A stretch of DNA of 64,000 nucleotides, taken from positions 1 to 64,000 of the forward strand of contig BLSG01000454.1 in NCBI GenBank assembly GCA_012862495.1, given 5' to 3'. Shown here piece by piece: positions 45,101 to 57,400 of the stretch. A model generated the notes under the pieces. It did not search any database. It was given only the letters and a program-made list of their open reading frames with translations, and was not told the origin of the DNA. The number at the start of each line of letters is the position of its first letter. Positions within the stretch are counted from its first letter, which is position 1. Both the position numbers and the translations under genes were made by a program. The stretch comes from Thraustochytrium aureum (Eukaryota).

Positions 45101-45248
45101 CGGACTTTCGCTGTGCCGCGTTCGAGTGGAACTTTGTCGTCGTTTCGCGCACATTGGCGTTCGAAAGGTACCGCAGCGAATAGTTGTCCTTGTTGGTGGC
45201 CTGACTGCGATCGGACGCTCGTGGTGCGATTGGGGCAACCTGCGCCAT
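42127..45248 (-). CDS. Six-TM protein with two tandem TKL (Raf/CTR1-like) kinase domains, apparent frameshift near 43380
   Basis: TM block, then kinase 1 (GSGGFG, VAIKK, LRHPNIV, HNDLKSLN, DFG, after the frame change ASPE..NDVYAFG) and kinase 2 (GSGAYG, VAVK, HRDGKSPN, DFGLSR, WAAPE, SDVYSF). Confidence 0.9.
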
Positions 45249-46569
45249 ACTTGGTTGAGGAGGGCGGGGAGGGGTGCCTGCGGCCTGGCTCTGCCCTGCC
45301 CTACGGCTGGCCTGCCTGCCGTGCGGCCAAGGTTTGAAGCTCGCGGGTCTATCCGTGTGACAGGCTTTGCCGCGCCACTTTGCTCGCAGTCGAACCCGCC
45401 GCTCGCCCGCGGTCAGGTGCAAGCAGCGCTCGGTCCAATCCGAAGTGCACCACGGCGACGGCGGGGCCTCTTGGGCGCGCGTCTGCTTTGCTTCGCACCG
45501 AGCCGCGCAAACTCCGCGGCGTTGGGTTTTAACGTCGCACTGCTTGACAGGTGCATCAAACGAATCTCTTTCGTGGTCGGACCCCGCTGTTGGAGGAGCC
45601 AGTGGTCGCCACGACTTGCTTCGATGTCTTTCAAGATTGGGCGACTTTCGCTCGTTTCTCTGCAAACATTTCTGTAGGTACTCTACCTCTCTCAGTGCAG
45701 ATCGGGGCCAGCGTCGGAGCGACATCAGAGCCTCGCCCCGCCTGCCATGTCGCGCTCAAACGCGCGCATAACAGCAACCCAAGAGCGAAGGCGTGAACGC
45801 CGCCTGGAAGGCCAAACCAAGGCCCGACCCAGCGGAGCAGGTCCTCGAGAGTCTCTACGAACACTAGGAAAGCAGTGCTTCGAGCTCAAAGTCGAACAGC
45901 AGGCGCCGTGCGGCTCCACCCTCTCCGAAACGCAGCGTCCAACGCACATCTCCAACGGACCTACACGGCATCCAGGGAGAGAAAGCAGCCCCGTCCTTCC
46001 GACGTGACAAGGCCCCCATTGCTGACGTACTCTATCCTAATAAGGCGCAATGCATGCTCACACGTCCTCCCCAATAACGCGTGCCCAGCACCTCCCCTCG
46101 TGACGCGGCCCATCGAGCAAAGTCGAACGCCGCTCGAAACATACCCCCATACGTGACGTGACCTGCGGCTCCCTCTAGAGGACGAGGTTTCGGCAGCCGA
46201 GAATCCAGTTCACCAGTCTGCCTCGTCTGCCCCGCGTTCATCGCCTCGCTTTCGCCGCGGGTGATTGATCTTCAGGGACTGGCAGGCAGGCGGGGCTCTC
46301 TCTCTCCTCAGCAGGTCTGCTCTGCTGAAACGCGACGACAACGAGCGACAGACGCTGTTCATCGCGCCTTCAAGCTGTCTTCTTCTCCAACTCGCTCGAG
46401 GGCGACGCTCTCTCTCCGTCCGAGACCCTCCCTCAGTCCCTGTTCGTTCGTCGAGCTCCAGGAGGCCTGGCAGAGCCACAACGCCATCGACCGGGACAGT
46501 GCAGACTGCGGCTAGGGCTTACCGAGGAGCACAGCGTGCGTGGCGCACGGCATCGGCAACGTGTTCGAA

Positions 46570-47031
46570 ATGATGAGGGCGGCGCTGTTGCTGGCCGCGG
46601 TGCTGGCCATTGCGGGGCAGGTTGCGGATGCCGCCGCTCGAGTCACGGTGCACGAGGAGACGAAGGAAGGGCCGAAGGACTGCTTTGTCGAAGAGGTGAA
46701 GACGCAGCCTGGAATGGCTGGCGCGTGGGGCCCGCTCCATGTGCTTGGAGGGGAGGAACGGAAAGAGGTCGAGCGGACTCTCCGTGGGGTGTGGGCGGAA
46801 ACGCGCTCGGCTCTCGGCGCGCGGGGCGAAGTGGGTCTGCTCGCCAAGGCTGTCCAGGTTGTCGCCGGTCTCAACGTGGAGATCGTGTTCATGTTGGACG
46901 GGCAAGGGTACAGGCTGAGGTATTACCAGGACTTGAACGAGCGTATCAACGACGCGCGCGTCGAGCCGTGCGAGATGCCCACGATCCGCATCCCGGACGC
47001 AGAGGCGATCGAGCTCGGGTTGCTTGGCTAG
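46570..47031 (+). CDS. Secreted cystatin-like cysteine protease inhibitor
   Basis: Signal peptide MMRAALLLAAVLAIAGQVADA; Gly motif GMAGAW; QVVAG (QxVxG). Confidence 0.65.
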   Translation: MMRAALLLAAVLAIAGQVADAAARVTVHEETKEGPKDCFVEEVKTQPGMAGAWGPLHVLGGEERKEVERTLRGVWAETRSALGARGEVGLLAKAVQVVAGLNVEIVFMLDGQGYRLRYYQDLNERINDARVEPCEMPTIRIPDAEAIELGLLG

Positions 47032-47274
47032 CCAGGGACTACTCTCTAGAGTGGCCTATCTCTCTCGCTGGTAGAGCCAGGGAGAACACAACATTGTAAG
47101 TACATCTCAGAAAGACGCTCCAAAACAAAAGTAATAGAAGTGCGCCCCTGCCTTGCTGCCGCACCTCGGTAGGCTCGCTGGGTCTTTGGTCCGCGGCGGG
47201 GCTCTTCGTCCGCCGCGAGGCTCGTCAAAAATGCTACATCTCGCTCCAACACAAACGCAAAAGGGCTTGGCACC

Positions 47275-48627
47275 CTAGGGGATCGCCAGGTACACGATCG
47301 CCATCTGCACGGCGCCAAGCGCGGCCCCCATGATGCCCCCAACGAAGAGCAGCTTGAACTCGTCTTCGTGAAACACAGAGTAAATAATACTCTCAAACTC
47401 GCCCAAGGGCAGCGCCTCCAGGCCATGGCGGATCTCCATTTGCAGAGCAAAGACCTCGTTGCTGTGATCTAGCAGGGCCTTCACAATGCCCTCCACCTTG
47501 ACAACTGCGATGCTCTCGATCGACTCGCGCATGTGCTCAAAGCGCTGCTCCTCCACGAAGCCGGTCAAAAACGGGCGGCCAAACTTGAGAAAGCGGTCTG
47601 AGAACGCCCGAACGTGCTTCCGAAGCAGCGCGTCAAACTCTGCCGCCTGCGGTCCTGTCGTGAACTGCGTCCAGACGCTTTCCGAGCTGAGGAACTGAGC
47701 CACGGCTTCCGAGGCAAACTCGGCGGCCGTCTCGCGCTGCTTGGTCGCGCTCAGGTCCCGGATACAGAGGATGCGGCCGCTGATGTCGAGCGCCTGCACA
47801 GGGCGCGAAATGATCCAGTAGGTGAGCAGGTTGCTCAGCAGGCCCACCACGGCGCCGAGGATGGGCAGCGTCACGGCGACCCACTCGGGCGGGATGACAA
47901 AATACGCGAGCAGCCCATGCAGGGCGCCGAGGACGACGCCCACGAAGAAGCCTAGCCGCACCACCATCGTGATGCCCGTCTCTGCGGCAGACTCAAGCAC
48001 GGGGACCCACTCCTCAGGGTGCTCCTCAAAGTGCGCCTCAAACATGTGCTTGACGTCGTAGACCTCCTCCAGCCGGTCTACGAGCTCGCGCGTAAACTGG
48101 GACGCCACCAGGGGGAGCTCGCTCAGTGCAAGGCGGACGATCTGCTCGCGGACCATGGCTTCGGCGAGCTTCCAGCCCGCCTTTTCGTCCTTGCCGTCCA
48201 CGTACTTGAGAAGCATCTCGTCCACGCGGTGGCTCAGGATCAAGTGAAATTTGTCGCGCATCAGCGCTCCGGCTTGCGTGTGGTCGAGCCGGTCGAGGAT
48301 GTCGCGCATTGTGATCAGCTTGTCGACGAGCCGAGCCACGTCGTGCGCGATGATGCGCGACTTGGCCGGCACAATGCCCTGCCAGCCCATCACGCCGAGC
48401 GGCCTGTGGTCCCAGCGCTTGCAATCCACGCCGCGAAACTTGAACGGGTAGAACGTCATTTTGAGCTCGGCCCAGTTAGTCACCCATCCGATCACGCCGG
48501 CCACCAGCGGAATAAGCCACAGCTCCCAGCCTGGAAGCTCGGTTGGCGGCTGCTGGAGCGCCACGGGCAGGAGCATTCGCGCTTGGCGCAGCCCGCCAGC
48601 CGCCGCCGCCGCAACCGCGTCGTTCAT
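47275..48627 (-). CDS. DUF445-family membrane protein
   Basis: IPLVAGVIGWVTNWAELKMTFYP, GWQGIVPAK, an internally repeated GAVVGLLSNLLTYWIISRP, and C-terminal FHEDEFKLLFVGGIMGAALGAVQ. Confidence 0.8.
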   Translation of the reverse strand: MNDAVAAAAAGGLRQARMLLPVALQQPPTELPGWELWLIPLVAGVIGWVTNWAELKMTFYPFKFRGVDCKRWDHRPLGVMGWQGIVPAKSRIIAHDVARLVDKLITMRDILDRLDHTQAGALMRDKFHLILSHRVDEMLLKYVDGKDEKAGWKLAEAMVREQIVRLALSELPLVASQFTRELVDRLEEVYDVKHMFEAHFEEHPEEWVPVLESAAETGITMVVRLGFFVGVVLGALHGLLAYFVIPPEWVAVTLPILGAVVGLLSNLLTYWIISRPVQALDISGRILCIRDLSATKQRETAAEFASEAVAQFLSSESVWTQFTTGPQAAEFDALLRKHVRAFSDRFLKFGRPFLTGFVEEQRFEHMRESIESIAVVKVEGIVKALLDHSNEVFALQMEIRHGLEALPLGEFESIIYSVFHEDEFKLLFVGGIMGAALGAVQMAIVYLAIP

Positions 48628-48832
48628 GACCTCGAAACTCTCTACTGCCAGCTCGACGAGCGTCGCCCGCCACCCTCGGGCCGCTCGCGCGCGCGCAGGC
48701 GCTCGAACCGACCTCGTTTCGAGTCTGTCGTGGCACGCGCGCGAGGACACGCCGGCCAGGTGCACACCGCCTCCTCCTCGCCCTTGCCGTTGGGTGCGTT
48801 CGCAGGGTGGACCGGCAGGCGGGCGGGTTGCT

Positions 48833-48949
48833 CTGCTGGCGGGCCTCGTGGAGGCGCCACGGCCTGGTCGAGCGGCCTTTGAGAAACTGCTGGCGGGCCT
48901 CGTGGAGGCGCCACGGCCTGGTCGAGCGGCCTTTGAGAAACTGCTGGCG
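48833..48949. repeat. Perfect 54-bp tandem duplication
   Basis: ctgctggcgggcctcgtggaggcgccacggcctggtcgagcggcctttgagaaa at 48833 and 48887. Confidence 0.9.
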
Positions 48950-51900
48950 CGGTGCTTTGGGACCTCGCGGCGCGGGAGGCCGATTCACGCCGGACCTGGC
49001 ACGCGAGGCGGCTGGCGTCGACGACAAGTAGGTAGCGTCCTGCTCAGCACTCGATACGCTTCTCGAGCTCTTGATCAGCAAGCAAAGCAAGACACGTTCT
49101 ACAAAAGACAAAAACTCGAATGTACAGCTCAACACTTTCTAATCAGCTCATGTGCGCGCAGCTCTTCCATCCGCCACCTTCCAAAGGTAGCGGATCAAGA
49201 CCTCCCACGAAGGGTTTGGCCCGCGAGCAGGTCCTGACCGGTCCCGTTTCTAGCTCTACTAGCAGTCGCCGCCTAGCAGGCCGCGGACTTCACGAAGCGT
49301 GTCCCGCGCCGTGTGCTCCTGGTCGTTGAGGCGCGCAAGTACGCTTGACCGTAATGGTGCCTCAGGAGCCTTGGCGCAGGGCTCCCGGGCCAAGTTGCGC
49401 TTCATCCGGTCGAGCCAAGTCTCTGCGCGTGCTGGCTTTACGCGGCGTAGCCTTGCCGAGGGGCTCTGCACCGTGCAGCGCGCTCGGGGCGGTGGCCTTG
49501 TCGGCACAAAGGCCGCGTTTTTCTGTGGTTTGCAGCAGTCCTCCTCTTCTGGGCCCTTGATGTAGAGCACCTTGATCCCTGCAGGAAGGTCGTCGCTCGA
49601 GCAGCCCTTGCTCTCGACCAATCCGCGCGCCATCTCGCGGTCCAGCTCGTGCAAACAGCGCCGTTGGCGCACGAGACTCTGCCCGCTCTTCGCTTGTCTG
49701 CCTCTCTAGCTAGAGCACGCGCGGTCTGTCGACGGATGGCGAGCTTCAAAGCCGATGTGCGATTCGGGTCTGGTGGAGCGCCATTCTCTGCGCTGGAGCT
49801 CGCTGATGACTTGGCAAACAAGCTGGTCTTCTTTCTGGCCTACCAAGCGAACAAGGACTCGCTGAATCAATCCCTGTTGCCATCGTGCGCTGTTCCACTC
49901 AGACGTGCGGAATCGGCGTCAAGTATAGCCGATCGGGAGCCAGAGCAAAAGGCCGAGCCTCCAGCCCTTGCTGCGTCAACAGCCGCAAGAACAAGGCAAG
50001 AGCCTGAGCAACGCAAACGCAACGCAAACGCAGGGAGCGCCTGGGCTCAGGCTGACTATTTCTTTCCAGCGCTGCGTCCTCCTTCAGCAGCAGCCCGTGC
50101 ATCCCGCCCGCCACGCGGCAATCACAAGTTCTGTGTCATGCGGAGTTCAACTTGCCGGTCAAGGCCAGGACGACTGACCCACCATCCTGCAACTCCGAGT
50201 CACCCGCACTCTGCGACCTCGTGCACCATTTAGCCGGGGTGCCGAGAGCGGAATGGCCAGGCTGGTGGATGGTGGCAGCGCCCGTGCCGCAAAGGTTTGC
50301 GAACAAGCATAGAGCGGGCTGGTGAGATGGATGACGCGGTTGCTTTGTGGGACGCGCCACTTGTTTTCCCTGCGTTTTCGCCGCTTGCTCTGCGCTCATT
50401 TTCACCTCAGCTGTTCGCTGGCCAACTCTCACGCCTCACNNNNNNNNNNNNNNNNNNNNNNNNNNNNNNNNNNNNNNNNNNNNNNNNNNNNNNNNNNNNN
50501 NNNNNNNNNNNNNNNNNNNNNNNNNNNNNNNNNNNNNNNNNNNNNNNNNNNNNNNNNNNNNNNNNNNNNNNNNNNNNNNNNNNNNNNNNNNNNNNNNNNN
50601 NNNNNNNNNNNNNNNNNNNNNNNNNNNNNNNNNNNNNNNNNNNNGACGCTCACGCTGACGCTCACGCAGCGAGGCCCCAAAACTGTCGAGCAGCGAACAT
50701 TCGAATGCACGGACCAACTCCACCGCCACGCATCAGGCGCGCGTCTGGTGTCCTGGTTTCAGGCGGGCCCCGCAGTGCTCTGCTCTGTTCATGAAAGGAA
50801 TCAAACTTGTTGCGCAGCTGCTCAACACGCGGATGCGCAGCTGCGCAGCGGGTTGCCGCGCCACTCGATTCCACCGCCGTTGAGCTGCGCGGCCATTCCA
50901 ACCCCAAATCGGAGCCAAATCGGAGGACGAGCAGGACCACAGGCCGGCCAGCCAGCTCGAGGCTGGAAGGCGCGCGAATTGCGGATCGATCGTTTCCCTC
51001 ACCAGGCGAGCAGACCGGCAGGCGGCGGCTGGACCCGCGTCAATCACTCAACACGCCGTTCTTCTCCTGCGCGAGGAAGGGCCCTCGCGCAGCGCACCAA
51101 GTGCGGCTGGCCGACCGTCATCGACACCTGGTGGCTCCTATCGAAAGAAACGCGGGGCAGCACGATCACGATCGACCAGCCCCAACGGCTGGACGACTCT
51201 GAATTCCGCTGAACGCCGCCGCACATGCCGGCCGTCGGCGCAGAAGCGCCTTTCTGCACTCATCCGTGAGCGCGAGCATCGGCGAACGTGCACGGTGGGA
51301 GTGAGCGACCACGGGCAGTGGCGCACGGCCTCCAGGGACACGCTGGCTCGATCGTGTCCTGAGCTGCCCTCGGACATCTTCCATCTGTTGGAGGATTCTT
51401 TCGAGGGTGCAGCACGCGTCCCAAGCGCCCAGGCCAAGGCCCTCCGACCTGCCTGGCTGCCTGGCGTGGGAGATGCAAGCACGCTTCCTTGGCCCGCTTC
51501 TACTCGTGTCGAGTGGCGACCGCAACGGGCAATGTGGAGTTCGCCGCCACGTTCGAGTTCTCGCGGTCTGTCAAGGAGGCTGCGACGGAGGGCGCCGACT
51601 GTCACTCGCTGGAGACGATAACAACAGAACAGAACAGAACAGAACAGAGCGGCCGGGGTCAAGGCCGCACGCGGCTGGGACGAATTGGCCTGACTCGCAT
51701 ACGCGAGCAGCGATTAGCCAACGCAAAGACCTCAAGCTCGTTTCCTATCATCACCGATGGACACAATGGAGGGTCGTGCTGGCCCCGAGCTGAATCCGAA
51801 ACTGGCACGCTGCGGCAATGCCTTGAGCGACAACGTCGATCTGGCTCTCTGCGAGCCGGAGCGTGCGAGGATACGCTCAAGGACGCCTAGGGAACGAGCG

Positions 51901-52007
51901 TGCGAGGATGCGCTCAAGGGCGCCTCTAGAGGGAACGGCCGACAAGTCTGCTGTTCAGGGGCTGGAGCGCTCGCGGCAGCCGAGAAGCGGCGGGCGCGCG
52001 CGACTTG

Positions 52008-53603
52008 CTAACGGCGGCGGCGCTCCTTCTTCCCCGACTTGGCCGCGCCGCCCTGATCATTCTCGGCCTGCTTGAGCTTGTTGGCCGCCGCTTGCTTCTT
52101 CTTGGCCTCCTTGGAAGCCTGTTTCTTGGCCTCTTTGGCTGCAGCCTTGGCCGCGAGCTCGCGGCCCCACTCCCCATCGCTCTCGTCCTCGGCGCCGCAG
52201 CCTGCGTTCTCGCCTTCGTCCGTCTCGCTCGCTTCTCCCGCACTGTCGTACAGGGCGCGCATCTTCTCCCTCTGCTCGGCCTCCCGCCGCTCCAGCTCCA
52301 GGTCGGCGAGGCGCTGCCGCTCCTTGTCGGCGTCGGCGAACGTTTGGTCGAAGACGCCGCGCCAAAACGCGGCCTCATCGAGTTTCTCGGTGCCNNNNNN
52401 NNNNNNNNNNNNNNNNNNNNNNNNNNNNNNNNNNNNNNNNNNNNNNNNNNNNNNNNNNNNNNNNNNNNNNNNNNNNNNNNNNNNNNNNNNNNNNNNNNNN
52501 NNNNNNNNNNNNNNNNNNNNNNNNNNNNNNNNNNNNNNNNNNNNNNNNNNNNNNNNNNNNNNNNNNNNNNNNNNNNNNNNNNNNNNNNNNNNNNNNNNNN
52601 NNNNNNNNNNNNNNNNNNNNNNNNNNNNNNNNNNNNNNNNNNNCGCAGATTCTTGGGCGCTTGGCCTCAGCGGCGCGCTGCTGGCCTTGAGCTCGAGGGC
52701 GAGCTGGCGGCGACGCTCTGCTTTGCGCCGAAGCTTGGCGACGCGCTTGACTTCTTCCGGCGACGCGTCTTCGGCGAGCGCCAAAGCAGGGTCGTCATCC
52801 AGAGACGGCAGGTCGTCCTCGATGTCCTCGTCATCGCCAATCGCGTTCTCGTAGCTTGTGGCGCCGTTGGACTGCTCTGCGGTTTGCGCTTCCCCTGGCA
52901 CGGGCTGCAACGCGCCTTGAGGCGCGGCGCGCCGGGCCGCACACCCGCAAAAACGGCACGGCAAGGTAGCGAGGCGCCAGCCGGCCGTGTCGCGCCACGT
53001 TCGCTCCAGTTCTGGGTTGGCCATGAGAAAGTTGCGCAAAAACTCGTCCTCTGACTTGCCCTTGCTCTGCGCGACCTCGAGGGCTTCGCGGAAGAACTCG
53101 CTCGACAGTGCCCGGCTGCGCTCCCGCTTGAACTGCGCATTCTGCGCGAGCGAGATGAGCAGGATTACAAACGCCAGGCTCACTACGAGCGCCCCAACGG
53201 CGCTGACTTTGCGCCGCCCGCCGTACACCGGCCGCCACGCCGCCGGCACTTCCTTGAGAAACCTGTCGTACTTTTCGCGAGTCTCCGGGTTGCTCAGGAC
53301 CGTGTTGGCGGCTGCAATGTCGAGAAACCGGTCGGCCATCTCCTTGCTCGCGGAGGGGTTGCGATCGGGATGATACTTTAAGCTCAGCTTGCGATACGCG
53401 CGCTTCACCTCGCTCTCCGTGGCGCCTGCCTTGAGCCCGAGCGCACCATAGTAGTCATTCTGCATGAACTCGATCAAGTCGCTGTCCATAATGTCCGCAA
53501 ACCGCGCCTGCGTCGGCGTGGGCCCGCCGGCCAGCAGCAGCAGCGCGAGCAGCAGCGCCAGGGCGGCGGCCGCCGGCGTCCACCCGAGCCGCCTCCCGAG
53601 CAT
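52008..53603 (-). CDS. DnaJ (J-domain) membrane protein, DNAJC25-like, internal gap
   Basis: Signal peptide; [43 protein letters not shown]; one TM; charged Lys/Glu-rich tail. Confidence 0.88.
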   Translation of the reverse strand: MLGRRLGWTPAAAALALLLALLLLAGGPTPTQARFADIMDSDLIEFMQNDYYGALGLKAGATESEVKRAYRKLSLKYHPDRNPSASKEMADRFLDIAAANTVLSNPETREKYDRFLKEVPAAWRPVYGGRRKVSAVGALVVSLAFVILLISLAQNAQFKRERSRALSSEFFREALEVAQSKGKSEDEFLRNFLMANPELERTWRDTAGWRLATLPCRFCGCAARRAAPQGALQPVPGEAQTAEQSNGATSYENAIGDDEDIEDDLPSLDDDPALALAEDASPEEVKRVAKLRRKAERRRQLALELKASSAPLRPSAQESAXXXXXXXXXXXXXXXXXXXXXXXXXXXXXXXXXXXXXXXXXXXXXXXXXXXXXXXXXXXXXXXXXXXXXXXXXXXXXXXXXXXGTEKLDEAAFWRGVFDQTFADADKERQRLADLELERREAEQREKMRALYDSAGEASETDEGENAGCGAEDESDGEWGRELAAKAAAKEAKKQASKEAKKKQAAANKLKQAENDQGGAAKSGKKERRRR

Positions 53604-54271
53604 CTCTCCACCCCCTCGCCGGGCAAGCCGTCGGCAAGCCGTTAACAACGCAACGCGCCAAGCGGCCGACTCGCCGGGGCTCAAGGAGCGCCTCGAGCGC
53701 GGCCGGGCAGCGACTCTGGCGCCAGCGCAGACTCGACTGCGTTGTCGTCACCGCAAATTGGGGCACTCGCAGAGTCGAGACTGTGCAAAGACGAGACCTG
53801 CTCGACAACATGATCGCCAAGACTCGTCAGGCTCTCTCCTGGTACCCGATCTGGTCACCGAGCGGCTGGAGCTATGTGGGTAGAGTATGGTATGTCGCGC
53901 TCGCGCCGAGTTCAATGTGGCGGTCCTGCATGTTGCCTGGCAGGGCTGGACGACGAGCGCCGTCCGCGTTCGAGGTTGCTCGACGAAGGAAATGTATGCG
54001 GACGCCGCAGACGGCGACTGGGCTTGCGCCGGCGGACCAGTGTAAGGACTCGCTTTCCTCGCACAGCAGCATGGGCAAGGCAGACAGTGGCATCGAGGCA
54101 GGCAAACAATGATGGAGGGCGTTTGAGCCGAAGGGATGGGCCGGCAAGGTTTTGTTTTTAATTAATGAACGCAACGCCTGCACGCCCGCGGGTGTACTTC
54201 CGGGGCCGTGCTCTTCTCTTGCGGCTATCGAAGGCTTGGGTCTCTTGCAGGCTATTCGATTCTAACTTGGC

Positions 54272-54348
54272 CGTCGCACGATCTCAGGCGTGAACCGGCT
54301 CGTCGCACGATCTCAGGCGTGAACCGGCTCGTCGCACGATCTCAGGCG
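54272..54348. repeat. 29-bp tandem repeat, about 2.6 copies
   Basis: cgtcgcacgatctcaggcgtgaaccggct at 54272 and 54301, partial copy at 54330. Confidence 0.88.
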
Positions 54349-54416
54349 AGAACGGGCTGGCCAACTCTTCGTGCTCTGCAAAGCTACACGAGCAGGCGTC
54401 TTGGGCGGTCCACTGG

Positions 54417-57400
54417 TCACACGATGGTCGAGGACTTGACCCGGCAGAGCACCTCAGAAGGCGGGCGGATCTCGACCAGGTCCGGGAGCGGGACTCGTCG
54501 CATGACCTGCTGGTCGCGGAGGAGCTGACGCAGCGGCGGCTTGGCCGGCATCTCGGACGGCTTGGGCTTGCGCTTGTTCTTTGACATGGTTTGCAACAAA
54601 AGCTGCGCTGCCGAAATGGGGACGGGCTCCACGCTGTGGTCGTCCTCCTCGATGTCCCTGAGGTAGTTGAGCTTGAACTTGTTGCGAACGCGCGTTCGAA
54701 GGATCCCAAACTCGTCCTTGGCGTCGTCCTTGGCGTGCTCTGCGCGCATCCGCCCCAAGAGTTCGCTAGAGTCTGTGGCGGTGGTCACAACGCGCATTTT
54801 GGTGGTGAAGAGCGAAAAGTTGGCGAGCGCGTCGCCGACCTTTTTGGCGCGCTTGAGGAGGCTCGACTTTTCCGTCGCCCAGGTGATCGACTGCGTGAGG
54901 GACCATGGGTACTCCTGGCCGAACATGCCAATCTGGCTCCCATCAAGGCTCCAAAGCATGACGCGGCAATCCGTGGACGTGGTGACGAGGAGCTCGATGG
55001 GCTTGGCGACGGCCTCCACCCACTGGATGTGGGCGATGTTGACGATTGCGCCGTCGGAATGCGCGCGCCACTGGTTGGTTTTGCGAATTTTGAATTTGCC
55101 ACGGCGTGCGGCCAAGCCGGGCAGAACCTGGCTGATGTCCCAGATCTTGACTTGGCCCAAAGTGTCCCCAGAGAACAGAAACGCGTTGGCTGCATCGTCG
55201 GTAGCGAGCGCCACGATGGACTCGTCGCTTGGGTGCTCGCCGTCTAGTTCGATGAGCATCTCGCCAGACTCGACGTCCCAAAACCTAAGGTACCCGTCTG
55301 CGCCCGAGGAGCAGAGGCAGCCAAGCCTCTTGAGGTACAGAAGGTTTTCCACGGCGAGTCGGTCCGGCTTTGGGACTCCGCGCAGCCGGCGCCGCTTTTC
55401 CTTGCGAAGGCGCTGGCGTTCGAGCTCGGCGAAGCGGTCGGTCTTGTCCTTGCCTTCCCGCGCTGAGAGCGGCTGCGCAGCCGGCCTGGCTTCGCCGTCT
55501 CCGCGTCCACTTCCACGGCCGCTTCCAGTCGCGTAAACATCCCTCGCGAGAGTCGAGGACCGTGAGAGCGCGAGCCCCTTGACAGACCGCGTGGAGGGCA
55601 GCGTGCGGTCCGAGCGGAAAGTGGCGATCTTGCCCAACTTGTGCCCAGCGCGGCCCCTAGTGGATCCAAAGGATTCTCTGGCCTCGGCCGCCTCCGCGCG
55701 CTCGCGGAGCGCCTCGAGGTCGTCCAGGTCGGCCAGGGTGGACTGCTTGACGAGCGAGCGAACGACGCTAATGTCATGCTCCTCGGCCTCCTCCATGTCC
55801 TTGGCTTCGGTTTCGTCGCTGTCGCTGCTTGAGTAGCCGCCCTCCAGGTCGTCCTGGGCAAAGGAGCGGCCGTAGAGCTGCGCCTGCTCGAGTAGTCGAT
55901 CGGCAGCGGTCTTGGGCTGGCGGGGGCTGCTCTTTCGCTCGCACCGCTGCGCAGTCGCCGTGAGCTGACGGCGAGCGAGAAGCGAGTGGCCGATGCGCTG
56001 CTTGAGCACCCCGCTCAGCAGCGACCAGACAAGGATTCGACCGTCGTCTCCGGCAGTAGCTACAGTGGCCTGGCCGCAGTAGACGACTCGGTTGACGTCG
56101 TCCTGGTGCGCCAGGTGCGTCTGGCGCTCGACTGGGAACGAGTTGCTGCACTCGGCAAACTCGCGCTTGTTCTCCGAAAACACGAAAACGCGGCGGTCGC
56201 GCCCGGTGGCCACAATATAATCGTGCGAGACAGTGTACCCGTTGCCCTGAACATGGTCGGTGAAGCATGCGAGCGAGGTGACCTCCACGTCCAGCTCTGC
56301 CGAGTCGCAGAGATTTGGCAGCGGCTGGCCATTGATCGTTTTCGAGAACTCGCCCAGACACGCGCCGTTGTTAAAGTTCCATATCCTGATCGAGCCGTCG
56401 TGCGCCCCCGTGAGGAGGCGGCGCCCTCCAACGTCAAAGCACATGGCCGTGAGATTGCTCTCCGCGTGAGGGTTGACAAAGCGAAAGCTGATTTTCCCGG
56501 TGAAGATGTCCCAGACATGGACTTCGAACGAGGCTGCTGTGACGAGCTGGTGAAAGTTGGTGTTGTATAGCGCCTCAGTGACTGGCCACTGGTGGCTCTT
56601 GCGCGCCTGCACCTTCACTTTTTCGGCGCGCTTGACGCAGAGCGCGCGTGTGCAGAGCACCAGCCGCTGGTTGCGCGCGTCAAAGATCATGTCTCCGAAG
56701 CGCTTGCTGTCAAGCTCGTTGGACCCGCGGCCAGAGAGCTGGCGGATGCAGGTAAACGTGGAGAGGTCCCAAACCCGGATCACGTTGTTGATGCTCAGCG
56801 AGAGCAGCTCGTGCTCGCCCGCGTTGAGGCTCATCTTGACAATCGGAGAGTCGATGAGGTCATCCCCAGCGAGCTCGTGCGCGATCGCGCAAGTGTACGG
56901 GTTCCAGAACAAGATGCGGCGGTCTCCTCCGGCGCTGGCGACGAGCTTGCTCGCGGGGACGTACAGAAAGGTGAATACGGGCTTGCTGTGGCAGCAAAAC
57001 GAGCGCACGACGCGTCGCTTTTCCAGGTCGGAGATCTGCACGTTGCCGTCGCTCGAGCAGGTGATCACGTTGCCGATTGCAGTGTTCAGCTCGAGCTGGT
57101 TGACACGGTCTTCGTGGACCTTGTGGCGAAAGTATCGGAACACGCCGGGGGGCGTTTCGGCGCGCCGGTCGATGTTGGCGGCGCCATCGGGGAATACCCA
57201 GCGGCCGGGCTCGAGATGCCACACGTGTATGTACCCAATGTCGTCGGCGGCCACGAGAACTTCGCGCCCCTCGCTGAGCGGGCCGAAATAGTAGGCGAGG
57301 TGCAAGGGTGCGCTGACCAAGGGACGGATCCGGCCCACGCACTCGTACCCGATGNNNNNNNNNNNNNNNNNNNNNNNNNNNNNNNNNNNNNNNNNNNNNN

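Noticed and set aside
49259..51900. Short ORFs possibly forming genes or pseudogenes
   Set aside because: No recognisable motifs or consistent frame; a product cannot be supported.
54272..54348. 29-bp repeats (also 35-bp and 24-bp units elsewhere) as a CRISPR array
   Set aside because: The units are head-to-tail with no spacers, there are no cas genes, and the context is eukaryotic.
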